DNA of 64,000 nt from Dehalococcoidia bacterium (GCA_963667055.2 OY762956.1:1459490-1523489); one strand, 5' to 3'. Shown: positions 45,107-52,804, numbered from the stretch's first letter. Numbers and translations: made by a program. The notes: a model not told the origin generated them from the letters alone.

Positions 45107-45181
45107 TGGAGCCACCGGTCGGATTCGAACCGACGGCCTGCTGTTTACGAAACAGCTGCTCTACCCCTGAGCTACGGTGGC
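45107..45181 (-). tRNA. tRNA-Thr (anticodon CGU), CCA encoded
   Basis: GCCACCG-TA-GCTC-AGGGGTA-GAGC-A-GCTGT-TTCGTAA-ACAGC-AGGCC-GTCGG-TTCGAAT-CCGAC-CGGTGGC-T-CCA. All four stems are fully paired. Confidence 0.9.
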
Positions 45182-45278
45182 CGAAGATAGCACAAGCTAT
45201 TCTAGCACCGCCGCGCCGCTTTTCCAAAACCGCCTGCTGGCATTATCGCGGGCGGAGACTCTTGCGAGACCTAAAAGT

Positions 45279-45320
45279 CCCTTCCCCCCTCCGTGGGGGA
45301 AGGTTAGGATGGGGGGCGAT
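45279..45320 (+). repeat. Family 2 hairpin repeat
   Basis: cccttcccccctccgtgggggaaggttaggatggggggcgat. Confidence 0.7.
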
Positions 45321-45338
45321 CCGCTGGCTCTCCAAACT

Positions 45339-45380
45339 TCACCCCCATCTCAATCTTCCCCCATCAATGGGGAAGAGGTT
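45339..45380 (-). repeat. Family 2 hairpin repeat, inverted orientation
   Basis: tcacccccatctcaatcttcccccatcaatggggaagaggtt is the reverse complement of the 22250 copy. Confidence 0.8.
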
Positions 45381-45404
45381 TGCAAAGCTCTCGCGGGTGC
45401 CTCA

Positions 45405-45977
45405 CTACTCCCCCGGCCTGACCCCCACCACCCTGTACTGATTATCGCAAACCGAGTACGAACCGTCGCACCGCAGACCTGCCGACGTAAGCAAATCGAC
45501 CGTCTCCTCATAGGTAACGCCATTGTTCCAGCGCTCGTTCCACTGGAGTACTGCCGCGCTGCCCCCGGGCTTCACAAGCCGCGCCAAATCGTCGGCCAGC
45601 GCCTGCCTCTCGGCGCGCGACTCCATGTAGTGGAAGACAAGGAAGCACGTCACAATGTCCGCCGTGCCGCAGGGCAGGGGAGCGGCAGGCCCGTCCTTAA
45701 GCAGCGCCGACACGTTGGCCAGCCCCGCCTCGGCGGCCCTCTCCTTGACCAGCGACACCATGCCCTCGTGAACGTCGATGCCGTACACCTTGCCGGATGG
45801 GCCCACCATCGCCGCGGCCTGCAACGCCACAAGGCCGGGGCCGCAGCCGTACTCGACCACCGTCATCCCAGCCTCCAGCCCCAACTCCTCCAAAAGCTCG
45901 CCGATTCCCAGGCCGTGAAACCGGCGCTCCGGGTCCAGGAGTTCGGCTGTCCATTCATCGCTGTACCGGGCACACAT
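45405..45977 (-). CDS. Class I SAM-dependent methyltransferase (short, 190 aa)
   Basis: ATG 45977 (MCARYSDEW..). Motif I VVEYGCGPGLVALQAA, then GIDVHE and LVKPGGSAAV. The 368-aa ORF-track version extends through repeat DNA and is rejected. Confidence 0.75.
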   Translation of the reverse strand: MCARYSDEWTAELLDPERRFHGLGIGELLEELGLEAGMTVVEYGCGPGLVALQAAAMVGPSGKVYGIDVHEGMVSLVKERAAEAGLANVSALLKDGPAAPLPCGTADIVTCFLVFHYMESRAERQALADDLARLVKPGGSAAVLQWNERWNNGVTYEETVDLLTSAGLRCDGSYSVCDNQYRVVGVRPGE

Positions 45978-46038
45978 ATTGCTCTCTCCCTGTGAGCGCC
46001 CAATATAGCACAGTAGACATGCGGACATACGCCCCTCC

Positions 46039-46068
46039 GTCTTTCCCGACCCGATCGGGAATCCAGGG
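46039..46068 (+). repeat. Family 3 hairpin repeat (TTCCCG-loop-CGGGAATCCAGGG)
   Basis: gtctttcccgacccgatcgggaatccaggg. Confidence 0.75.
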
Positions 46069-46087
46069 CGCGGGCGGACACCTCCAC

Positions 46088-46180
46088 CCGTTCGCCCTGA
46101 GCCTAGCCGAAGGGAAGGGCGTGAGCGAGCAAGTCGCGTCCCGCCACCGTCATTCCCGACCCCGATCGGGAATCCAGGGG
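46088..46180 (+). repeat. Composite repeat (CACCCTGAGC..CGAAGGG module + family 3 hairpin), left flank of the collagen-like gene
   Basis: ccgttcgccctgagcctagccgaagggaagggcgtgagcgagcaagtcgcgtcccgccaccgtcattcccgaccccgatcgggaatccagggg. A direct repeat of this is at 46851-46941. Confidence 0.75.
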
Positions 46181-46226
46181 CGGCGGGGAGTTTACCCCGA
46201 GCGTAGCCCAAGAGAACCAATGCATA

Positions 46227-46805
46227 TTGCTTTTGCTTGTCGTCTTGCTGACTGTCGCTGCCTGCGGACCTTCCGACGAGGAGCTGTCGCGGCTCATCGA
46301 GGCGGAGGTGGCGGAAGAGGTCGCGAGACAGGTGGCGTTGATTCCCCCGGCTCCGCAAGGACCGCCCGGACCACAAGGGCCGCAAGGACTCATTGGCCCC
46401 CAAGGGACGGCGGGCTTGACAGGGTCGCGTGGTGAGCAAGGACTCACTGGCCCCCAAGGGCCGACGGGCTTGACAGGGCCGCGCGGTGAGCAAGGACTCA
46501 CTGGCCCCCAAGGGCCAGCGGGCTTAAGAGGGCCAGCGGGGCCCATGGGAGCGCCCGGCCCTACCGCCGAAATCCCGGACGAGCTTGTGTTGGAGTCCCT
46601 GATTGTGCGCAGCGATGACGGCTGGGAAATAGAGATTTCCCCCGGCGACGAGTCGACCGCTCCTCATATTACATGGAGTGAGCCGTATGGTCCGCTTGCT
46701 AGGATTGGCGGTGGGACTGTCAATGGTTTGTTGTTTCAGGTCTTGAACGATAACGGCACATGGACGCAAATGTGCATAAACAACAACCGGATCGCCGTCT
46801 GCTGA
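46227..46805 (+). CDS. Collagen-like (Gly-X-Y) lipoprotein
   Basis: TTG start. Signal/lipobox [12 protein letters not shown], then about 27 uninterrupted GXY triplets ([67 protein letters not shown]), then an ~85-aa globular tail ending ..NNNRIAVC. Confidence 0.75.
   Translation: MLLLVVLLTVAACGPSDEELSRLIEAEVAEEVARQVALIPPAPQGPPGPQGPQGLIGPQGTAGLTGSRGEQGLTGPQGPTGLTGPRGEQGLTGPQGPAGLRGPAGPMGAPGPTAEIPDELVLESLIVRSDDGWEIEISPGDESTAPHITWSEPYGPLARIGGGTVNGLLFQVLNDNGTWTQMCINNNRIAVC
46415..46522 (+). repeat. 54-nt tandem duplication inside the collagen-like region
   Basis: cttgacaggg(t/c)cgcg(t/c)ggtgagcaaggactcactggcccccaagggcc(g/a)(a/g)cggg occurs twice (18 aa: LTG(S/P)[12 protein letters not shown](T/A)G). 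Confidence 0.85.
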
Positions 46806-46813
46806 GGGTAACC

Positions 46814-46841
46814 CGTAGGGGCGGTTCGCGAACCGCCCCTA
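46814..46841. repeat. REP palindrome, perfect copy
   Basis: gtaggggcggttcgcgaaccgcccctac, 9 nt after the collagen-like gene stop. Confidence 0.9.
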
Positions 46842-46850
46842 CAATGGTCC

Positions 46851-46941
46851 CCCGTTCACCCTGAGCAAGGTCGAAGGGTGAGCACGGCGGCAAGTCGCGT
46901 CCGGCCACTGTCTTTCCCGCCTCCGAGCGGGAATCCAGGGG
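46851..46941 (+). repeat. Composite repeat, right flank of the collagen-like gene
   Basis: ccgttcaccctgagcaaggtcgaagggtgagcacggcggcaagtcgcgtccggccactgtctttcccgcctccgagcgggaatccagggg. About 80% identical to 46088-46180, and the differences keep the hairpin stems intact. Confidence 0.75.
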
Positions 46942-47053
46942 CGGTTGGGGTGTGGGCTCCCGCCTTAACCTGAGCGGGTATCATGTCTCCTTTCCCAGCC
47001 CCGCGCAATCGGCTAGAATGTAAGAACCGAAAGCTGCACTAAAGGATGGCATA

Positions 47054-47410
47054 ATGGGCACATTCACTTGGCCGTTGCGCATCTCCAGCATGGACGGCCA
47101 GCACAGCCTGGACATAGAGGCCACAGTCGACACCGGCGCTTTCTACACCACCATCCCCGCTCGCCTGCTGCGTGAGATCGGGGTCGAACCAATGGGAAGC
47201 CGCCGCTTCCTGGTGGCAGACGGCCGGCGAGTCGAGATGGAGTACGGACGCGCCTGGGCCACCATAGACGGCGAAAGCGAGGTTACAATCGTGGCCTTCG
47301 CAGCGGACAACGCTCCGCCGCTGCTGGGAGCCTACACCCTGGAAGGACTCGCGCTGGCCGTAGACCCATCCTCGCAACGGCTCGTCCCCGCCAACCTCGT
47401 CATGTACTAA
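47054..47410 (+). CDS. Stand-alone retropepsin-like aspartic protease domain protein
   Basis: 118 aa with the catalytic triad context LDIEATVDTGAFYTTIP and a C-terminal LLGAYTLEGLALAVDP. Confidence 0.7.
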   Translation: MGTFTWPLRISSMDGQHSLDIEATVDTGAFYTTIPARLLREIGVEPMGSRRFLVADGRRVEMEYGRAWATIDGESEVTIVAFAADNAPPLLGAYTLEGLALAVDPSSQRLVPANLVMY

Positions 47411-47435
47411 CGGCCCCCGTCCTGCCCGCCCCAAA

Positions 47436-47500
47436 CCTCTTCCCTCTTGATGGGGGAAGATTGAAGCCTGCCCCGCACTTGATGCGGGGATGGGGGTGAA
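47436..47500 (+). repeat. Family 2 hairpin repeat with an extra inserted hairpin
   Basis: cctcttccctcttgatgggggaagattgaag-cctgccccgcacttgatgcgggga-tgggggtgaatcc. Confidence 0.7.
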
Positions 47501-47521
47501 TCCTACGGCGTCCCCGTCACC

Positions 47522-47550
47522 GTCATTCCCGACGCCGATCGGGAATCCAT
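47522..47550 (+). repeat. Family 3 hairpin repeat
   Basis: gtcattcccgacgccgatcgggaatccat, followed by two tcaccctgagcg modules (47561-47592). Confidence 0.7.
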
Positions 47551-48022
47551 CCCCTCGCTGTCACCCTGAGCGCCCACCTGTCACCCTGAGCGCAGCGAAG
47601 AATCTGTTCCCGCAACAAACAAGGCCCCCCACTCGCAACTCCGTTTGCCCGCCTGCCCACTTTGCCCGTTTGCCCGTATGTCCGCCATCTCCCCCTTCCC
47701 CGCACCCGCCTCCGTCCCCTATCCTATCCACATGGCCACACAACAAACCCATATCCATCCATACCGGCCCGGAACCGCCCAACACCCTCGGCGGAGCGCG
47801 CCCCTTGGCAGCCAAAAAGCCCGCCTCCATATCCTCAACTTTGCCCCCGAATATGATTCGTTTCTCACCTCCGCCAAAATTTGGGTCGATTTTAGCCTTG
47901 TACTTGACATAACGTTGGAAACGAATCCCCTTCTCAGGCACGACACCACTCCGCCTCTAACCGGCATCTCACGCCTGACAACCCTTTTCACGACACCCCA
48001 AAATCGACTTATGTCAAGTAGT

Positions 48023-48052
48023 TTGACACCCCGCACAACCGACCCTTATAAT
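48023..48052 (+). promoter_or_regulatory. Near-consensus sigma-70 promoter for the rpmH operon (TTGACA-18-TATAAT)
   Basis: ttgaca at 48023-48028 and tataat at 48047-48052, 32 nt upstream of the rpmH ATG. Confidence 0.55.
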
Positions 48053-48083
48053 CCAACGTTGCAACCGACTCTATTTTACGATT

Positions 48084-48221
48084 ATGCCCAAAAGGACCTA
48101 CCAGCCCAAGAGACGACGGCGTCAGCGCAGGCATGGCTTCATGGCTCGTATGAGCACCAGAGGAGGCCGCGATGTTCTGCGTAGACGCCGATTCAAGGGC
48201 CGGCACGAGCTCACGGTCTAG
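48084..48221 (+). CDS. rpmH: 50S ribosomal protein L34 (missed by the ORF track, 45 aa)
   Basis: Own translation: [45 protein letters not shown]. Confidence 0.92.
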   Translation: MPKRTYQPKRRRRQRRHGFMARMSTRGGRDVLRRRRFKGRHELTV

Positions 48222-48267
48222 TACGCTGCCCCTCAAAGAAGGCCCTCCTCAGACTGTAAGACCTCCT

Positions 48268-48615
48268 TTGACTAAAGACCGTCGCCTCAGGAAGGCGTCC
48301 GACTTCAAAGCCGTGCGGCGAGAAGGGAGAAGTTGGAGCAACCGGCTGGTGGTAATGAGAGTAAGAGCCAACGGGACTGGGAAGACCCGGATAGGGTTTT
48401 CCGTAAGTCGCCGGTTGGGAAAAGCGGTAGTCAGGAACTTGGTTAAACGGAGACTTCGCGAAGCAGCGCGGTCAGCGACGCTTCCGGCGGGCTGGGATGT
48501 AGTTCTCATAGCCCGCATCGGCGCGGCACGCGCATCGTATGCAGAGCTGCTGAAAGCCGTCATGGACCTTTCAGGCAGGGCTCGCGCCAGGATGCCGGCC
48601 GAGGATGCCGTATGA
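48268..48615 (+). CDS. rnpA: Ribonuclease P protein component
   Basis: ..[32 protein letters not shown]........[25 protein letters not shown]. The TTG at 48268 is the first plausible start after the rpmH stop. The exact start is uncertain. Confidence 0.8.
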   Translation: MTKDRRLRKASDFKAVRREGRSWSNRLVVMRVRANGTGKTRIGFSVSRRLGKAVVRNLVKRRLREAARSATLPAGWDVVLIARIGAARASYAELLKAVMDLSGRARARMPAEDAV

Positions 48616-48863
48616 AATCACCGCTGCTTGCACTGCTCAGGTTGTACAGGGCCACTCTCTCCCCGTACTGGCCCACCCATTGCCGGTACACTCCGTCGTG
48701 CTCTTCCTATGCCTATGAATCGGTTGAACTCTTCGGCGCACTGAGAGGAGGCTGGATGGCCCTTAAGCGGCTGGGCCGCTGCCAGCCCTGGGGCGAATAC
48801 GGCTACGACCCCGTCCCACTGCCGCAAAGTCAATCCAGGGAAGCGGAGCAGGCCGCGATATGA
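48612..48863 (+). CDS. yidD: Membrane protein insertion efficiency factor YidD
   Basis: [57 protein letters not shown] overlap with rnpA. Confidence 0.9.
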   Translation: MKSPLLALLRLYRATLSPYWPTHCRYTPSCSSYAYESVELFGALRGGWMALKRLGRCQPWGEYGYDPVPLPQSQSREAEQAAI

Positions 48864-49954
48864 CGGGAAAGAGGCTGCTTGTTCTGCTGCTTCCCCTGCT
48901 GTTCCTGGCGACCGGCTGCGTTACCGACCAGTTCCGCTTCTCCGGAGGCTGGTCCGGCCCCGTGGCTTCGCAGGACCTGGTCTACGTAGGTTCCAGGGAC
49001 GGCAAGGTGCTCGCGCTAAGCGCTAGTACCGGCGATATCCGGTGGAGCTATCCACTCCCCGGCCAGGACCCGCTCGGCGGAATCTACGGCACGCCCGCCT
49101 ACGACGGCGATCGTGTGTACGTGGCAGCCTTTGAAGGAAAGCTGCACGCTCTCAACGCATTTGATCTGACGCCGTTGTGGCAGTTCCCCTCGGACAGGAG
49201 CTTTGTGGGCCGGATAGTGGGGGGGCCGGCCGTTGACATTGACGGCGGCAAGGTCATCTTCGGCGATTCCGAAGGCATGGTGCGCGCCCTTGACACTTCC
49301 ACGGGCGCAGTGGAGTGGTCGTTCCAAGCGGAAGACCAGGTCTGGTCTACCCCCGCCATCGTGGACGGCGTGGTCTACTTCGGCTCGCTTGACCACAACT
49401 TCTACGCGCTCTCCCTCCTCGACGGCGAAGAGAAATGGTCGCTGCCGTTTGAAGCGGGCGGCGCAATCGTCACTTCGCCCCTCGTGTCCAACGGCAACGT
49501 CTTCTTCGGCACCTTCGACGGTACGTTCCACGCCCTGGACATAGACTACGGCGAACAGGAATGGCAGTTCCAAGGCGACGGCTGGTTCTGGGCGGACCCC
49601 GTTGTAGTGGACGACATGGTCTACGCCACCACGACCAACGGCATTCTCTATGCGCTGGACGCGAACACGGGTACAGTGCGCTGGGAGTTCGACCTGCAGC
49701 GGCCCATCATCGCCTCACCGGCCGTTGTGAACGGCCGGATTGTGGTCACTTCCGACGAGGGGATCGTTTATTCGCTCAACGCAATGTCCGGTCAGCAGGA
49801 GAACCCGGGGTTCGACGTGGGCGCAGAGGTGAGAGCGGACATAGGCGTGGTAGAAGATACGGTATACGTCAACGATATGGACAGGAAGGTCTGGGCGCTG
49901 AGGCTGGTCGGAGGCCAGCGGCAACTCTGGCAGACGGATACGTCTGACCGGTAG
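48860..49954 (+). CDS. PQQ-like / BamB-like beta-propeller repeat lipoprotein
   Basis: Signal/lipobox [15 protein letters not shown]. Repeated ..VY(V/F)G(S/T).DG.(L/F)(Y/H)AL(D/N)..TG...W.. blades (at least 7). ATGA overlap with yidD. Confidence 0.75.
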   Translation: MTGKRLLVLLLPLLFLATGCVTDQFRFSGGWSGPVASQDLVYVGSRDGKVLALSASTGDIRWSYPLPGQDPLGGIYGTPAYDGDRVYVAAFEGKLHALNAFDLTPLWQFPSDRSFVGRIVGGPAVDIDGGKVIFGDSEGMVRALDTSTGAVEWSFQAEDQVWSTPAIVDGVVYFGSLDHNFYALSLLDGEEKWSLPFEAGGAIVTSPLVSNGNVFFGTFDGTFHALDIDYGEQEWQFQGDGWFWADPVVVDDMVYATTTNGILYALDANTGTVRWEFDLQRPIIASPAVVNGRIVVTSDEGIVYSLNAMSGQQENPGFDVGAEVRADIGVVEDTVYVNDMDRKVWALRLVGGQRQLWQTDTSDR

Positions 49955-49963
49955 AAGACAACA

Positions 49964-50899
49964 ATGGAAGCAATAGCCTTAATCTGGAACACGTTGATTC
50001 TGGACCCGCTGCTGAACGGGCTGGTCCTGCTCTATGCCGTGCTTTGGCGCAACTTCGGAATCACAATCGTGGTCTTCACCATCATCGTCAGGCTGGCTAC
50101 TCTACCCCTTACCCTGCGCCAGATCCGTTCGACTCAGAAAATGACCGCTCTTCAGCCCCGGCTGAAGGTCATCCAGCAGAGATACGCCAAGGACAGGGCG
50201 CGGCTATCCCAGGAGACCATGAAGCTGTACCGCGAGTCCGGGGTTAATCCCATAGGATGCCTGGGGCCCCTTGTCATTCAGTTCCCCATCTGGATAGGGC
50301 TGTACATGGCGATTATCCAGGTGCTGCCCACCAGCCCCGAATCGCTGGCGGGACTTTCCGGGCACCTCTACTCCTGGCTGCCCCTGGTAAACCAGGTGGT
50401 GCCGCTGAACAGCAACTTCCTTGGCCTGGATCTGGCGGTGGCAGGCAACTCTCCAGTTACCTATGTCATGGCTGTACTTGTGGGCGGCTCCATGTGGGTC
50501 ATGCAGAAGATGAGCACTCCCCTGGCCGCGGACCCGCGCCAGGAATCCACCAACCGCATGCTGCTCTGGATGATGCCGATAATGTTCGGCTTCTTCACAC
50601 TGTCCCTTCCCGCCGGACTGCCGCTTTACTGGCTGGTATCCAACGCCATTGGAATAGTCATTCAATACTTTGTAACCGGATGGGGCGGCCTTCTGCGACG
50701 CACCGCGCCTGCTGCCGTTACAGCATCCGCGGTCGGCGAAGCGTCAGATACGGAAGACGGCCCTTCAGCTGACGAGGAGGTTGTTAGTGATGGACAACGA
50801 TTCGATAGAGATCAGCGCCAGAACCGTAGAGGAGGCGCTAGAGCTCGCCCTAAGGGAGCTAGACGCAGGTCGCGAGGAGGTCGCGGTAGAGGTCGTTAA
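49964..50899 (+). CDS. yidC: Membrane protein insertase YidC/Oxa1 family (short form)
   Basis: FGITIVVFTIIVRLATLPLTLRQIRSTQKMTALQPRLKVIQQRYAKD...LYRESGVNPIGCLGPLVIQFPIWIGLY, with a basic Arg-rich tail. Confidence 0.9.
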   Translation: MEAIALIWNTLILDPLLNGLVLLYAVLWRNFGITIVVFTIIVRLATLPLTLRQIRSTQKMTALQPRLKVIQQRYAKDRARLSQETMKLYRESGVNPIGCLGPLVIQFPIWIGLYMAIIQVLPTSPESLAGLSGHLYSWLPLVNQVVPLNSNFLGLDLAVAGNSPVTYVMAVLVGGSMWVMQKMSTPLAADPRQESTNRMLLWMMPIMFGFFTLSLPAGLPLYWLVSNAIGIVIQYFVTGWGGLLRRTAPAAVTASAVGEASDTEDGPSADEEVVSDGQRFDRDQRQNRRGGARARPKGARRRSRGGRGRGR

Positions 50900-51437
50900 C
50901 CACGGACGACCCGGTTTCTTCGGCATAGGTTCAGAGCAGGCGCGGGTCCGAGTGACTCGCCTCTCCGCATCTCAAGAACTGGCTTCTCTGGCCATAGGAG
51001 TGGTAAATTCCCTCATCTCCAGAATGGATATCTCCGTGCTTGCCACGATCAGGTCTTCCGGCGATGACGAAACGGGCCCGGTGATAGACGTACACGGCGA
51101 AGATTCCGGACTGCTCATTGGGAAGCGCGGCGAGACCCTTCAAGCGTTCCAGTTCCTGGTGAACATGGCCCTGAACAAATCGATGCAGAGCCACCCCGTA
51201 GTTGTAGTTGACGTGGAGAAATACAAGGAGCGGCGCAGCAAGTCTTTGGAGGCGCTTGCTTCACGGGTGGCGGAGCGTGTAGCAAGAAGCGGCAGGCCGA
51301 TAACCCTGGAGCCTATGCCGCCGTCCGAGCGACGGGTGATACACCTTGCCCTGGCAAACCACTCTTCCGTAACTACGGAGAGCGTGGGCGAGGGCCAGCA
51401 GCGCAAGGTAACGGTCATCATGCGTCGCAACGGATAG
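50790..51437 (+). CDS. khpB: RNA-binding protein Jag/KhpB (Jag_N-KH-R3H)
   Basis: MDNDSIEISARTVEEALELALRELDAGREEVAVEVV, a KH region IGKRGETLQAFQFLVN, and R3H EPMPPSERRVIHLAL. GGAGG lies 9 nt upstream of the ATG. The 5' end overlaps the yidC tail by 110 nt. Confidence 0.85.
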   Translation: MDNDSIEISARTVEEALELALRELDAGREEVAVEVVNHGRPGFFGIGSEQARVRVTRLSASQELASLAIGVVNSLISRMDISVLATIRSSGDDETGPVIDVHGEDSGLLIGKRGETLQAFQFLVNMALNKSMQSHPVVVVDVEKYKERRSKSLEALASRVAERVARSGRPITLEPMPPSERRVIHLALANHSSVTTESVGEGQQRKVTVIMRRNG

Positions 51438-51439
51438 CG

Positions 51440-52015
51440 TTAGGAGCGGGACAGAGTGGCCTTCACCGTATAGATGCCCTCTCGCATGGGCCTGCCCCTG
51501 GGACGCGTCGCCATAGGCCGCATTTCAGGCTCGGGCTCAACCTTGAGCGAAACAAAGGCGGGGCCTTCCGCATACATGGCTTCTTCCGCCTTTAGAGAAA
51601 ACTCCTCAAGGTCGTTGAACTCATAGGTACTGGCGTAGCCGGCCGCCTTGGCCAATCCGGCAAAGGATGTCTTGCCGGAGTTGGGCACGGGCTGTCCGCC
51701 GGTTCCCGCGTAGATGCCGTTTTCCACCACCATGTGGCAGAAGTTCTTGGGCGCCTTGTTTGCCACCGTGACCAGGGAGCCCAGGTTCATCAGCAAGCTG
51801 CCGTCGCCGTCCAGGACTATTACCCGGCGGTCCGGGCGGGCCAGCGCCACACCTAGCGCCAGGGATGATCCCTTACCCATCGAGCCGACAAAGGGAATAT
51901 AAAGGTCAAGGTTGGGCTCCAACGACTCCCAGGGGATGCGGCCTTCCTGGCAGACCACTATTACAGAGTCTCGCTGGAGGCTCTCTATTACTCGGAAAGC
52001 ATCTATAGCTTTCAT
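51440..52015 (-). CDS. TPP-dependent sulfopyruvate/phosphonopyruvate decarboxylase, beta (TPP-binding) subunit
   Basis: GSMGKGSSLALGVALARPDRRVIVLDGDGSLLMNLGSLVTVA....VVENGIYAGTGGQ (GDG-x24-N TPP motif). Confidence 0.75.
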   Translation of the reverse strand: MKAIDAFRVIESLQRDSVIVVCQEGRIPWESLEPNLDLYIPFVGSMGKGSSLALGVALARPDRRVIVLDGDGSLLMNLGSLVTVANKAPKNFCHMVVENGIYAGTGGQPVPNSGKTSFAGLAKAAGYASTYEFNDLEEFSLKAEEAMYAEGPAFVSLKVEPEPEMRPMATRPRGRPMREGIYTVKATLSRS

Positions 52016-52086
52016 ACGGTGCTCCTTTCAGTCCGTCTGCCTGATGCAGGTAGGTCTGCCTATCCTGGTTGCGCCATCTGGATCGG

Positions 52087-52626
52087 TCAGGGGAGATCGG
52101 TGCTCAGGACAGGCCGGTTGAAGCCGTGGAACTCGTCTCCCACCAGCACCGCCACGGGGCGTCCCGTGGACTCCGCCTCCTCAAAGGCGGTGGTAATGCG
52201 GTCGGCGTCCGCGTCGCTCTCCACCAGGTAGTAGTTGATGCCCCATGCAATCAGGATAGGCTCCGTGAACCTGGCTGCGGAGTCGGTGGTGACCCCGTGC
52301 CTTGTCCAGCCGCGGTAGCCCACCATGATGACCAGGGGAAATTTGACGTCCAGGACTATGCCGCGTATGGAATCACCGGATTCAAACATCCCGGTATTCT
52401 GGATGAGGCATACCGGCTTCTTGCCTCCTATGTAGAGGCCGGCCGCTATAGCCATGCTCTCTCCTTCCCGGGCAACGGGGATCAGGTCCATGCTTTCTTC
52501 TTCTTGCATGGCCAGATACATCCAGTTGGTTTCGCTGTCGGGAAGCCAGACCACGTGGGTGACGCCGTTCTTCTTGAACTGGTCTATCACGGTCTGGGGA
52601 CTCAAGAGCGCCTGCTGGGTGGTCAT
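52087..52626 (-). CDS. Sulfopyruvate/phosphonopyruvate decarboxylase, alpha (PYR-domain) subunit
   Basis: ATG 52626 (MTTQQALL..), preceded by AAGGAGGA. GVTHVVWLPDSETN....VAREGESMAIAAGLYIGGKKPVCLIQNTG. Confidence 0.7.
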   Translation of the reverse strand: MTTQQALLSPQTVIDQFKKNGVTHVVWLPDSETNWMYLAMQEEESMDLIPVAREGESMAIAAGLYIGGKKPVCLIQNTGMFESGDSIRGIVLDVKFPLVIMVGYRGWTRHGVTTDSAARFTEPILIAWGINYYLVESDADADRITTAFEEAESTGRPVAVLVGDEFHGFNRPVLSTDLP

Positions 52627-52804
52627 AGGTTCCTCCTTGGCCGACAAGTTCCGCCTTCCGGCGCGGCCATTATACCCGCACCGCCGCCGCACTGCCACCC
52701 AGGGACAAAACGGGCAACCCCGCCGCCACACCCAACCTCAGGCAAACGGGCAGGGGGTGCGATGTCTGTATGTCCGTTTGCTCGTATGTCCGCCTATTTT
52801 GCCC

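Noticed and set aside
45978-46546. The N-terminal extension of the 45405-46511 ORF, the Gly/Pro-rich minus-strand ORF 46103-46546, and ORFs 45177-45995 and 45797-46435.
   Set aside because: The extension is a translation of the family 2/3 hairpin repeats and of the antisense strand of the collagen-like GXY region, which stays open in several frames because of its periodicity. The methyltransferase has a proper ATG at 45977.
17842-46841. Whether the recurring 28-nt palindrome is a CRISPR array.
   Set aside because: The copies are perfect palindromes, irregularly spaced (from 0.3 to 24 kb apart), mostly at gene ends, and associated with a RAYT gene. There is no repeat-spacer periodicity and there are no cas genes.
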